A stretch of DNA of 64,000 bases. Source: Sphagnum compactum. Lineage: Eukaryota. How positions within the stretch are numbered: position 1 is the first letter of the stretch; every line of letters begins with the position of its first letter. The notes beneath the pieces were generated by a model. It made no database searches. It was given only the letters and a program-made list of their open reading frames with translations, and was not told where the DNA came from. The position numbers and the translations under genes were made by a program. The stretch spans positions 7,812,001 to 7,876,000 of the forward strand of contig OZ234494.1 in the NCBI GenBank assembly GCA_965153455.1, in the 5' to 3' direction. Positions 1-11,800 of this stretch are shown in pieces.

Positions 1-484
1 CTTCAACATCAGGGAGAGGAGCTGGAAGGACTTGTCGTAAGGCAGGATTCAAGTTGTGGAAAATGTCTCCCAAATCATGAACTGTGGATTCAGTGGAAGC
101 AGCAATAAAGATTGCTCCTTCTCGATTGCATGCAATGTCAAGTCGTCCCCCATCCTTTTTGTTGAGCTTGAACCTACCAGCCATGAAGTGATAGGGGACC
201 AGCAACTTTGCCATTGCTTCTCGCAGCACATCAAAAATGCCTTCAGAACTTTTGCATGGATTAGGAGGATAAATGAAAAACAACTCCACTGGGTATTGAA
301 CCATGCGATCAATGTTGGACATGTAGATCACTTCCTCTTTGGTGGGTTGTTGTGGATACACAATCCAAACTTTGTTCACCTTCACTACCAAACTTTTGGT
401 AGATTCAGCAGATTCAAGAGTTTCTTCTTCAATGACTGGATCATCTTGCTGGTGATCATCTTCAAGAGCAAGTTCATGAGCCAT
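1..484 (-). CDS. BAHD (HXXXD-family) acyltransferase, N-terminal part; runs off the window start
   Basis: Hand translation of minus strand from ATG 484, open to base 2: MAHELALEDD...VYPQQPTKEEVIYMSNIDRMVQYPVELFFIY...FDVLREAMAKLLVPYHFMAGRFKLNKKDGGRLDIACNREGAIFIAA...LGDIFHNLNPALRQVLP. Matches BAHD N-terminal motifs (LSNxD, LxxxLxxYxxxAGR, IxCNxEGxxF). Splice acceptor ttcAG at 497-496 suggests an upstream exon. Absent from the ORF track because it has no stop in the window. Confidence 0.88.
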   Translation of the reverse strand, partial: MAHELALEDDHQQDDPVIEEETLESAESTKSLVVKVNKVWIVYPQQPTKEEVIYMSNIDRMVQYPVELFFIYPPNPCKSSEGIFDVLREAMAKLLVPYHFMAGRFKLNKKDGGRLDIACNREGAIFIAASTESTVHDLGDIFHNLNPALRQVLPAPLPDVE

Positions 485-681
485 TGTTTCTTCCTCTGAA
501 AGCAGATAATCATCCCCAAACATGCCCCTTACATATATACTGTATCGAAGGGGAAAATGATTCATTACTTCCATGTATACATGCAAACTGTGTGATCTTC
601 TTGTACATATCTAGCTCTCTAATGGCTCATCATCACCACTGCCAACAGTGGGGCTTTGAATACCAAAACTGACAGGACTAG

Positions 682-920
682 AGACTCGATTACCCATCAA
701 AGGATCATACTCACCAACAATTCAGCCCCAAAACAACAAGCAGTAAAGACTTGATTACCCATCAAAGTACCATGCTCACTAACAATTCAGCCAAAAGACA
801 ACAGGATCAAAGACCAAATTACCCATCAAGGTACCATTCTCACCAACAATGCAGCCCAAAAACAGCAGAATTACAGACTTGATTACCCATCAATGTATCA
901 TACTCATAAACAATTCAGCA
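682..920. repeat. Minisatellite, about 4 copies of a ~64-bp unit
   Basis: Unit core GATTACCCATCAA..GTACCAT.CTCACCAACAATTCAGCC recurs at about 688, 752, 817 and 881. Confidence 0.85.
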
Positions 921-1119
921 CGGTCAACCGGTTTTCTTCTGGGTCAGAAAGAGATTGCATGCAATTCATGCTGACAATACGATTTCTGCCTCTAAACATT
1001 TCCTCCTCCTACCAACTCTTGACTCAGTAGTCACATCATTGGTGCTGCCTGCCTGCCTGCCTGCCACTTTGTGCAACTTGTGAACTTGGTATCATTCATA
1101 ACCCAGTAATGTACTCTAG

Positions 1120-2400
1120 CAAGATGTCAAAAAAATCTCAAAGCTGTTGTTGTTGTGAGTTTGGATTCAGAAGCCAATGCTATTTAGACAGACACGAAAA
1201 TCTCTTTACTTAGCAAGCTAGTTTTAGCTGAAGAATTTACCATTCTCTTGTAACCATTGTCCTGACTGAGATCCAAAACTAGATCTAACTCAGTTTGAAG
1301 ATGGAGCTTGTGGACCAGTCCTTGGAAAGCTTCAAGGACTTAGAAAAGTTGCTAAAGAGATAGATATATCTGAATATCAGATGTTTGCAAAAAGGAAAGT
1401 TGATAATGAGATAGATATATTTGAATATCAGATGTTTGCAAATGCTTTTGGGTATATTTTTCATCACAATTGCATGTTTGAGGGCTCAAGGATTCTGCTG
1501 CTCACATTACCATGGCCACAATTAGCTGGAGTCAGGATTAGATTACTGTTCTGGATTTTGCTGAAATTCAAGCAAGCTTCGGCAGTTCTCAACGTGCAAG
1601 GAATGCAGGGAGCACAAGTTCTGATCCTCCATGATGCTGATGTCAAAGGTTATCACAAAAAGCCCTTGAGTCAGCTGCAATTTCTTTACTGGGGGGCACA
1701 AAGCAAGGTTGCCCCAGATGCTCAAATCCCTTTCCTGATGGAGAAACTGCATAAGCTGGAAATGGCCATTCTTTGTGCTCCTGAGATTGACCTTACTATC
1801 AAGGTGTGGCCTAGAGTTGATGCATTCTAAGTCTGAGTAGGATCAATCAGGGAAAACCAAAAAACAGTTCCTGTTGATTTTTTGTGAGCTGGAAGAGCTT
1901 TCGCTCTCTGGCTCTAAGTGGCTGGAGAAATAGTCAAAGGAAATCCGGCTGCTGTTCTGGTCTTCTCAGGCTGAATTTTGGGGCTCATGCACAGATCTCA
2001 AGGAACTCCCACAGGAGATTGGCACTTTTTGATCCCTACAGAATCTTTCATTGAACTTTTGGCAGATCCTTATGCAGGCTAGCTACCCAATGAGATTTTT
2101 GAGCTGCTTGCATTGCAATTGTTGGGATCTTCACTATATGAGGCTGCTGGGCACATCTGCCAGCAGACAGATTGGAAACTTGTGTGTGCTGCACATGGCA
2201 GTTGTCCTTCAATTGCTGTACCAGGCTCAAATCCTAAACCCTAAACCCTAAACCTCATGAAATCGGGAGTTTGCCTGCTTTGCAAGTGTTCAACCTTCAA
2301 GCTGGAATTGCCAACTGAGATCCAAAAGCTGGCCAGGGATAATGCTGTGTCTGCAAATATTGTCCACTCCACGCAGTGGCACGCAGTGGAGAATCTGAGA
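1120..2400 (+). pseudogene. Degenerate NLR-type (NB-ARC/LRR) resistance-gene remnant
   Basis: Plus-strand frameshifted fragments: QVLILHDADVKG..LSQLQFLYW..IPFLMEKLHKLEM; ELEELSLSGSKWLEK*; SCTDLKELPQEIGTF*SLQNLSLNF; LPNEIFELLALQLL; QIGNLCVLH; PHEIGSLPALQVFNL; LELPTEIQKL. These fit the intracellular LxxLPxEIGxLxxLxxLxLxxC consensus. Multiple stops/frameshifts and a local ~35-bp duplication (1357/1408). Boundaries approximate. Confidence 0.8.
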
Positions 2401-2574
2401 GGAACAGCTGCAAGCTGATTTTCCACCCTCGAAGAACACATTTCACAAGGTTTCAAACAGTAGCAGAAAACCAAAAGCTAAGCTATATATGATCCAGGCA
2501 ACAACCCTAACCCTCGCCTGACAAAAACAACACTATTGTGGCATTACATCATGTCTTTCTATTTTATTAGGGTA

Positions 2575-3545
2575 CTAGTTTGAACCCCGTGCCTAATGCA
2601 CAGGTGTGTTATTTCAACAATGTTTGGTTCATGTTTTAGTTTTTTAAACTTTTATCTTTTATATTATTTATTTTTATGTGTTTTCTGTTTTTATTAATAT
2701 TGTATAATAAAAATAAAGTGTTTCTTTTTCACTTTTGTATTTTTGTTTATTTGGATGCAAGTTTGAAGTTTGGAGAAAGAAGACACACCTCATTCTTTTT
2801 CAAGTAGGGTTTTTCTTCATTATTATATGTTTTATTTTTTCTTATTTTCTACTCTTTATTTGGTCTCTTCTTTTTTGTAATTTTTTTCTTTTAAAATGAT
2901 TTTACTGTATTTCCCTTTCCTTGTTTCATTTGTTTCCATTCCTTTTTTATAGTTTTTGTGTTGTACTTTTTTGTTTATGTTTGTTTCATGTTTTAATTTT
3001 TTTCTATTCTTGTTTTGTCTATCTTCATTTATTTTTATTTTTATGCGTTTTATTTATTTAGTTTCTATTTTCTTTTCCAAAAAAATTCTAGTTTTTCTAA
3101 TATGTTTTATAATAAAAATATTTTTAAAAAACTTTTTTATTTTTGTTTGATTAGATGCAGGTTTGAAGTTTGGAAAAAGAAGACAAACCTCATTTTTTTT
3201 TCAAGTATGGTTTTTTTTCTCTTTCTTTTGCTCTCTGTTTTGTTTCTTATTTTTTATCATCTATTTTTTAAATTTTCTTTTAAGATTATTTTACTGTATT
3301 TCCCTTTTTTATTTCATGTTTAAGTGTTTACAAAAAAGTTTCTAATTGTTAAAGTGTTTTTCTGTTTTTATTTTTTTTCTAGTTTTTTCCCATTTAAAAA
3401 AAATATATCTGTTCTGTTTGGATGGATGACGGGATGGATGACGGACGGATGGATGGATGAAAAGTTTCATTTCATCCCGACGTCTGGATGGAAAGCTTCA
3501 TTTCATCCCGAAGCTTCACAACCACGACGTCCTTTACTATATAGA
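2575..3545 (-). mobile_element. Non-autonomous Helitron-like element
   Basis: Minus strand begins TCTATATAGTAAAG (3545) and ends with hairpin CCTGTGC-attag-GCACGGG then ttcaaaCTAG|T (2575). AT-rich interior with internal duplication (~2750-2910 vs ~3150-3305) and GGAT repeats. The 5' flank is T rather than the canonical A. Confidence 0.72.
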
Positions 3546-4439
3546 ATTAGTGAAAATGGTTCATAGTGTATTGTTTTGGTATTTGATTAGTGTTAATTCA
3601 CCACCACTAATTAAAATGCTGCCAAATGAATTAAAATTTTATGATGAAAACTGTTCAAATTAAGATCTCAGGTGATGCATCAATGAATGGGAAAAAGTCT
3701 TGTTGGATAGAAGTCAATGTCCAGAATTTATGTTTTTGTTATCTCTCTTTCCTTCCCTCTTCCAAATTTCTCCATCATATAATACCCATACTTGCACTTT
3801 CTTGAACAACATGGACAACATTATACAAGATCCAACAACTCAGATAGAAGGAAGATTCATAATAAGATTTATTAAATGGATGTTTTCCAATGTGATTTGT
3901 AGGACTTCAGATGGTGCTCCTATAGCACTTTAAATTGTTTGAAATGAATAAGAAATAAGAAAGTTATGAGCTTTGAAAGTAGGAGGGCTCCAAAGAAAAA
4001 AAACAAAAAACAAAACGTTTTATAACTTGGAAAGCTTATTTTTCTTATTTTTTTTCTTGTTAGTTTTTCACTACTCCTTTTCTTTTGCACTTCAAAAGCG
4101 ACTATAAGATATTTTTAGTAATTATGATTACTTAATGAAAATATGATTTTAATATTATTATCTAGTTTAAATTAATAATTAGCTTATAACGTTTGTATAT
4201 TTGTAGGTTAATTAGTGTAACCTATTTACATTAATATTTTAACATAAATAAAAAAATTAGATATATAATACCTATTGATTATATATATATATATAATTGA
4301 TTATCACTATAATTATAATAAACATTTAATTAATAATTATGATTATTTATAATAATTTTAAAAATATTATCATATTGATTGATTTTGAATAAAGTTTTGT
4401 TTAATCAAATGTACATTTTCTGAAAAAATATTCCAAAAT

Positions 4440-5105
4440 AAAATAAAGTCAAACATATTTAAACCATGGTTTAGTTTAACTTAATTTAATTTAGCATTAT
4501 TTAGGTTTAGCAATAATTAGTTTAACCTAACTTAATTTAACCATTGTTAATTTTAGCCTAATTTAGTTGAACCATAAATATTTTAGCATAATTTAATTTA
4601 ACCATATTTATTTTATTTTAATATAATTTAGCGTAATTTAGTTTAGCCATAATAATTATAGTCTAATTTAGTTCAGCCATAAATATGTAGCCTAACTTAA
4701 TTTAGCCATAATTAGTTTGGCCTAACTTAATTTAGCCATATTTATTTTAGCCTAGTTTAATTTAGCTTAATTGAGTTTAGCCATAATTAATATAATCTAA
4801 TTTAATTTAGCCTAACTTGATTTAGCCATAATTAGTTTGGCCTAACTTAATTTAGCCATAGTTAATTTAAATTAATTTAATTTAACCATAATTATTTTAG
4901 CCTAACTTAATTTAACTATGGTGAGTTTAGCTTAATTTAATTTAATTTAATTTAGCCATAATTAATTTAGTTTAGCTTAATTTAACCATGGTTACTTTAA
5001 CTTGATTTAATTTAATTTAATCTAAATTAGCCATAATTAGTTTAACCTAACTTAATTTAGCCATGGTTAATTTAACTTTTTTGTTTATTTAGCCTAGGTT
5101 AGTTT
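4440..5105. repeat. AT-rich degenerate satellite (TTTAGCCATAATTAGTTTAGCCTAACTTAA-like, ~10/30-bp periodicity)
   Basis: Many recurrences of TTTAGCCAT / TTTAGCCTAA / CTTAATTTA. Confidence 0.85.
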
Positions 5106-5234
5106 AAAGGTTATTTTAAACCTCTTAGTACTAAAGGTACATAATATTATTATATATAGCCTATGTAGATATATTAAGTATAGTAATTTAAGTATGTATA
5201 AGTTTAGGCGCCATTATTTTTATGACATGTGTCC

Positions 5235-5403
5235 ATGTTGTACACATTTAGTTGCATGTTAGTTGCACACATAACCGTATAGCCCAAAAATTATACAATA
5301 CCAAATTTGTAGTTGCAAACATGACCAAGATAGTTACAAATGGCAACCAATTGCATGCCAGTTGCATAGTGACTGGTTGCAAATGACAAGATTTCTGGTA
5401 GTG
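5235..5403 (+). mobile_element. Isolated CACTA (En/Spm) right terminus
   Basis: Ends TTTCTGGTAGTG (reverse complement CACTACCAGAAA), preceded by clustered (A)GTTGCA subterminal-type motifs. No matching left TIR found. Confidence 0.55.
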
Positions 5404-5409
5404 TATTGG

Positions 5410-6535
5410 ATTATGGTTTAGGTTTAAGGTTGGGACGCATAAATTAATTAATTTTTTTTCACAAATATCTAGTAATTAACCTATATTAAGCTAAATTTGG
5501 GGGGAAATTTTTAAGGTTTAGACATATGTGAAGTAATCCAATTTCATTCTATATTTTCTTCAAAGAGAGTGGAAAAAATTAGTTTGGAGAAATCACACAA
5601 AGGTAAGAAACATATTTATTTTTTGGTTTTTTACAAAACATATTTGATTGTTTTTTAAGATTAAAATTTTCTTTTCGATCAATAAATGTTTGTAGTTTAA
5701 AAGTTTAAAAATTTGGTTTCTAAATTTTTTTGTTTTACATTATATAATTTGTATAGTTTTCTGGGTTTAGGGCACATATCACTAGGATTTTTTTTTGTTA
5801 AGGTTTGTATAGTTAGGGTTGTAATAGGGCTTATGGCAAAATATCATTTGGATTTTTAAGGTTAGGTCTTATGATTTAATGTTTAGGAATTTGGTTCATA
5901 TATGTTAGGGCTTAAGGTTTATACTTTATATTTTGCTCATTGTATGGTTTTTGATCTTATGACTTGTTTAAATCTATAGCATAATTATGAATCTCCTTTG
6001 TTTTCATATGTTCCATAGTTGTTAAAGTCCAATATTTCCTAACCCACTTTTGTTTAAATGTAATACCAATATCATATTGTGATAATTCATTAATTATGAA
6101 ACATAGAAATAATTTTTAAATATTTGATTCCCCGCCAATACATCATGAAATTCATGTTTTCAAAATTATTTGTTCACCTTATAGTGTGATTTAACATATA
6201 TAAAAATGAACATAATGCAAAATGGTCACATTGATGATACAGGGGGTTAGGGTTTAATGTAAAATTTACTACTTAATGTTAAAATTATGGTTTAGGTTTA
6301 AAGTTTGGGACATATAAATTAATTACCATTTTTTTTCAAGTCTATAATAATTAAAATAAATCTAGGGTGCATTTTGGGCAAAAGTTTAAGGGCTTAAACA
6401 TATGTAAAACAGTGCAATGCCATTTTATATTTTTTTAAAGAAAGTGAAAGAACTCGGCTTGGAGATATTACCAAATGGTAAAAGACATACCTTCTTTTGT
6501 GTTTTGTTACAAATTTTATTTAATTATTTTAAAAA
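5410..6535. repeat. Diverged ~250-bp direct repeat pair (about 5410-5660 and 6286-6535)
   Basis: TTATGGTTTAGGTTTAA.GTT.GGGAC.. and following blocks (CATATGT.AA, AAAGA.AGTG.A, TTGGAGA.AT.AC) are collinear in both copies. Confidence 0.7.
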
Positions 6536-6579
6536 TTAAGGCCAAATTTCTAGTTGGTGAAAATAAATATGTGTGTGGG

Positions 6580-7385
6580 TATTGCAAAATTATATGAATA
6601 CCTAACCTTAAATGCAATACCGTTTTGATATAACCCATATGTGATTTAGGTAACCTTAGGTGGAGACCCAACCATAAGTGCAATACCCACATGTAAGGTC
6701 ATTTCGAAATAACCAATATGTAGTTTGGGTGGCCTTTGAATGAAAACCAAGGCATATATGCAATACTTGCATGCAAGTTCATTCCGAAATAATTTATAGG
6801 TGATTTAGACAACCTTAGGTGAAGAATCAACCTCAAATGCAATACTCACATGTAAGGTCACTTCAAAATAAGTGGTTTGGGAACCCAAAATATGTCTTTT
6901 TATATACTTAAATTAATTTTGTGACAATTAATTATCATAAATAATTATCTAAAATAATGATTTGAATAACTTATCAACATAAAATTTTAATTAAATATCA
7001 AATTATCAATTTGATTTTTAGATATAAAATTTAATTATTTGAATAATTAAGGTTCAACCAAATAATCAGTTACTTGATATTTAAAAAAAAAATGATTGTC
7101 TAAATATGATAATCAATCATTTACATTATTTGAAATAATTTTTTAGTAATTCCTGAATTAAGACATTATTTATTAATACTTAGATTAGATTATTATGTTA
7201 TATGAGTCTCGTAAATATTACAATGGAAACTTCTATGCGAATATTGCAATGAAAACCTATATGCGAATATTGCAAAAGATGTTAAAAAAATCAACTACTA
7301 TTTACAATACCTATATGCGGGTATTGCAATGGATTTAAAAAAACCAGCAACTATTTACGAAACCTATATGCAAGTATTGCATATT
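6580..7385. repeat. Tandem repeat clusters: ~60-bp units with GCAATAC core (6600-6870) and ACCTATATGCG.GTATTGCA units (7225-7385)
   Basis: Repeated motifs seen directly; the two clusters carry the GCAATAC core in opposite orientation, typical of transposon subterminal regions. Confidence 0.65.
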
Positions 7386-8549
7386 TGAAATGGCCTTATG
7401 GAAATTAGAATAGAAAGGATGTAGGTATTATGTGTTTGGTTTCATGACAATGCTAATAATTTAATTAGAATCTGGGTATTGTTTTTAAAATATTTAAATG
7501 ACGTGAGTCTTAATACATTAGATGTAAGTATTGCACAATGTACATTTTGATCTTTATAAACCTTAGACAAATTAATTATAAAATGTGCATATGGGACTAT
7601 TTAAGTTTTGATTCTTACATCTAAAACATTATTAAGACGATAAAAAAAAGACATATATGATTAACCATATACCCATCAAACATGTGTGATTACAAAAAAA
7701 TATTATATTGATAAAAGATGTACCAAAATGGATAGATCAAAAAATGTTAAAGAACCCAATGAAAAAAATGGTTTTCTATAGTATATCAAAGGACCAAAGT
7801 TCAAAAAGTGGGTAGTCCAAAAAATGAAAGGGTTGAAAAACCTAGCTAACTATATAAAGTGGAAACCTTAAACCATATCATTATTTACAATGCCATGTTT
7901 AACTCGGTAAGCAGCTATCGCATTTGCAACCTTTGTTACATAATGAACATTGTATAGATGGCGGAGTTGCATCTCAACATGAACTACATTTACAACAAAC
8001 TCTTCCTTTGTTGTGCCTTGAACACTATAAACACCCAAAAATCATCAAATTAAACCTTAACCTAACACACCTTGGATGAAACAAAATTATTAAAAAACAA
8101 TGAACATTGATTATTATTTTTTCTTATCTTCCATGAATCATTCTAAATTCATGGAAATCTAATACAGTTGTCAATTCTTATGTCCAACTCGTTTTAGTGG
8201 ACTTTTGATCCCAATTTTTGACATCACATGCCATCTTCAATCATTGTGCATATATAGAACAGGTGGATTGGATCATCTCTTATAAATCTTCATCCTTTTC
8301 CATCCATGATGTTACATTTCGAGGCATGCTTCCCACGCCCTAAACATTAAAACCCAACATTTGCAATAGTTGCTTTAAAACTAATTTGACCAGAGTTAGT
8401 TTTGGTGGACATTATTTTGCAACAAATTTTCCAGCTTATCCCACTCGTGCTAGGTTTTGGCACAAGTGCAACTAGCAACTTTTTGATCTTCCGCCTTTGC
8501 ACGGCCATGGCATTTCCCAAGATGTGAGTGTTCATTTTAACATGGTCTT

Positions 8550-8816
8550 TGTTATGGACCGACTACAAACAAGTGGAGAATTACAAGACAAGACAAGCTT
8601 TATTGACCCATCAACTGGTGTTGATCTGCTGAAGGGTTGTTCCCCAGACTATCTCCTTTTATAACCCTGAGCCATACTAGTCCCAAAATATCCTAGGCCA
8701 TGATATTGCCAAAAGTATCCCAAAATATCCTAGGCCATGATATTGCCAAAAGTATCCAAAAATATCCTAGGACATGACATTGCCAAAAGTATCCCAAAAT
8801 ATCCTAGGCCATGACA
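8550..8816 (-). repeat. 3' LTR (267 bp)
   Basis: Minus strand TGTCATGG...CCATAACA termini, directly after purine tract AAGGAGAGGATAA. TATA-like TTTATAAAA near 8660 and AATAAA near 8600. Contains ~3.6 copies of a 37-bp unit. Confidence 0.9.
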
Positions 8817-11800
8817 TTATCCTCTCCTTAAGCGACATCTTCTAGATGGAGCCGGTTTGTTAGGATATCGTTGGTGAAACCGATTAACTAAGTCTTGGGC
8901 ATGAACTAGGTTTCCAGCAGGCTCCCAAGTAGCTTCAGAAGGAGGATAACCTCGCCAAAAGACAAGGTACAGGAGCTTTCCACAAATCTTCTTGGAGTCC
9001 AAGACCTCCTGAACTTCAAACTCTTCTTGGCCTTCAATTACGACTGGAGCTGGGGGTTCTTGATGACGTTCTGGGATCGGGTTTTCATGATAAGGCTCAA
9101 GCAGGGAGACATGGAAAACATTGTGGATTTTGAACTGGGGTGGAAGCTCCAACTGGCAAGCCACTAGACCAACCAATTTGGCGATTTTGAAAGGTCCGAG
9201 GCGCTTGTAATCCAACTTGGCACATGGGCGAGTGGTAGCAATGTTCTTTCTGAGAAGCCAGACCTTGTCTCCAACCTTGAAGTTTGGATGGTCCTTGCGT
9301 CGGCGGTCTGCTTGCTTCTTTTGCCACTCTTGTGTTAGCTTGAGTTCTGCCATAAGGTTCTGTTGAACCTGTCCAAGCCTCGTGGCCCTTTCTTCAGCCG
9401 AGGGGTTTACGGAATCTCCAAGAATTTCAAGGCTGAACCTGGGATGAAAACCGTAATTGGCAAAGAATGGACTGATCCCGGTCGATGCATGTGTTGTGTT
9501 ATTATAAGCAAACTCTGCTTGAGATAGTAGGTCCAGCCAGTCATCCTGTTGGTAGTTCACAGTGCAACGAAGGTATTGCTCGAGTGTCTGGTTTGTCCGT
9601 TCGGTTTGTCCATTTGTCTCAGAGTGGAAAGCTGAAGATAGTCGAATGTCAACTCCAAGAAGCTCGAATAGACGATGCCAGAACTTGGATGCAAACTGAG
9701 GACCTCTGTCGGACACAATTTCCTCGGGGAGTCCATGCAGTCGGACGATCCCGTCCAGAATTAACTAAGCTATCTCTTCTGCCGTGATTGACTTGGAACA
9801 AGGGGTGAAATGGGCCATTTTGGTGAGTCGATCAACCACAACCAGTATTGAATTCTTGGTTCTGACAATAGGGAGGTCCGTGATGAAGTCCATTGCAATA
9901 GATCCCCAAGGTCGGCTAGGAATCGACAGAGGCTGTAGGAGTCTAAACGGGCGATGCCTGGGAGCCTTGGATCGAGCACATGTATCACAAGACTTGACAT
10001 ACTCTCGTAACATCTTGTTCATTTTGGGCCACTAGTAAGTCTTTGACACTAGTTCGTGAGTCCGTGCCATTCCAAAGTGACCCGCCAGGGTGTTGTCGTG
10101 GCATTCTCTCAGGATTTTTAGGCGTATAGGTCCTTCGGGTACATAAATCAGGTTATTTCGAAGGAGAAGTCCGTCTTGCTGCTCAAACTGATCCAAGTCA
10201 TCATGATTTGGGTTCCTTGGTCGTTCTTGGAGTTCCTTCTTGATGTTGGTAGCCCAGGTGTCTTCCTCAGTTGCCATCTTGATGTCCCTGACAAGGTATG
10301 AGTCTGGGAGGGTGCTGATTGTTGCTGCAACTCGAAATTGCTCGGGGTTGAGTAAAGTCTGGTTCTGCTGGCCGTAGGCTTCATCCCCCGCTCGAAGTTC
10401 ATATTCTGAACGACGAGATAGCGCGTCAGCTTTCCCTTGCTGGGTGCCAGGTTGATACTGAATTTCAAAATCGAAATCAGCTAGGAAGATAGACCAGCGT
10501 GCCTGGCGACGATTTAAGGTCCGAGTAGTTGTGAAATAAAGGAGATTCTTGTGATCTGTCAGAACTTGGACTCGATGTTGAGCTCCGGCAAGATACGGTC
10601 TCCACTGCTCAAATGCCGTGATGATTGCCAGGAGTTCCTTATCGTAGACCTGGTAGTTGATTTCGGCACTAGTTAACTTCCGTGAATAGAAAGCAATTGG
10701 ATACAGCAACCCATCTATTCCAAATTGAGATAGAATAGCTCCCAAGGCAAAATCTGAAGCGTCCGTTTCCACAATGAATGGCTTGGCAGGATCGGGATGT
10801 ATCAGGATGGGTGCAGAGGTGAATGCCATCTTGAGAGTATCAAAAGCAGCCTGGGCCGTTGGATTCCACGAGAAGGGCTTGTCTTTGCAAGTCAGGGTTA
10901 TTAACGGTGTTGTGATCTTGGAGTAGCCTTTGATAAACCGACGATAGAAGTTGGCAAACCCTAGGAAGCGTTGAACGTCCTTGACCGAGGATGGAGTAGC
11001 CCAACACTCGATGGTCTCGACCTTTGACTTGTCCATGAAAATGCCATCTGGAGAGATCACGTAGCCGAGGAACGCCACTGAAGATTTGTCGAATTCACAT
11101 TTTTCCAACTTGGCGTATAAGCCATGCTCCCGCAGCGTCGCAAGCACCAATCGTACATGTTTGTCGTGGGTTTCCTGGTCCTTGGAAAAGATTAAAATGT
11201 CATCCAAATAGACCACGACAAATTCGTCCATGTAATCCCGGAAGATATCATTCATCAGATGCTGAAAGTCTGCGGGTGCATTGGTGAGGTCGAAGGGCAT
11301 GACCGTGTATTCGAAGTGGCCGTAGCGTGTGCGGAAAGTTGTCTTCCATTCATCACCGGGGCGAATCCTGAGTAAGTTATAGGCTCCACGGAGGTCAAGC
11401 TTGGTGAAGATCTTCCCGGTACGTAGTCGATCTAGGAGACCTGAAATCAAGGGCAAGGGATATCGATTCTTTTTGGTTATCTTGTTGAGTCCACGATAAT
11501 CCACACAGAGTCGAAGGGAGCCATCCTTTTTCTTGACAAACAAAATTGGGGCGCCGGCTGGAGACTTGGAATGCTGAATGAACCCCTTGGCAAGATTTTC
11601 AGTAAGGTAATCATGAAGGGCTTGGAGTTCCGGTTCCGATAGGTCATAGATAGGACCAAAGGGTGGTGAGTGTCCTTCTTCTAGATCAATCGGGCAGTCA
11701 TATGGACTATGGGCGGGGAGCTGATCAGCATTAATCTTTTAAAAAACATCAACAAAGTCCTTGTACTTCTCGGGAAGTTTGACAGGTGTTGGTTCTGATT

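Noticed and set aside
1285..2474. Minus-strand ORFs resembling extracellular LRR-RLK repeats (GNVSSRILEPSN, NIPKSIC, GNSSLKVEHLQS)
   Set aside because: The plus strand gives much better, repeated NLR-type LRR consensus; the minus-strand likeness is an antisense shadow.
2956..3566. Phe/Leu-rich membrane-protein-like ORFs (also 13450-14119, 24820-25404, 55888-56277)
   Set aside because: Products of T-rich low-complexity, UTR or repeat sequence with no recognisable domains.
4302..5406. TAT-CACTA at 4305 as left end of the CACTA terminus at 5403 (matching TAT flanks)
   Set aside because: Similarity does not extend beyond 5 bp and TAT/CACTA are common in this AT-rich DNA.
8682..8816. 37-bp direct repeats of CRISPR-like length (also the 62-, 64- and 78-bp arrays)
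   Set aside because: Units are contiguous with no unique spacers, there are no cas genes, and the context is eukaryotic.
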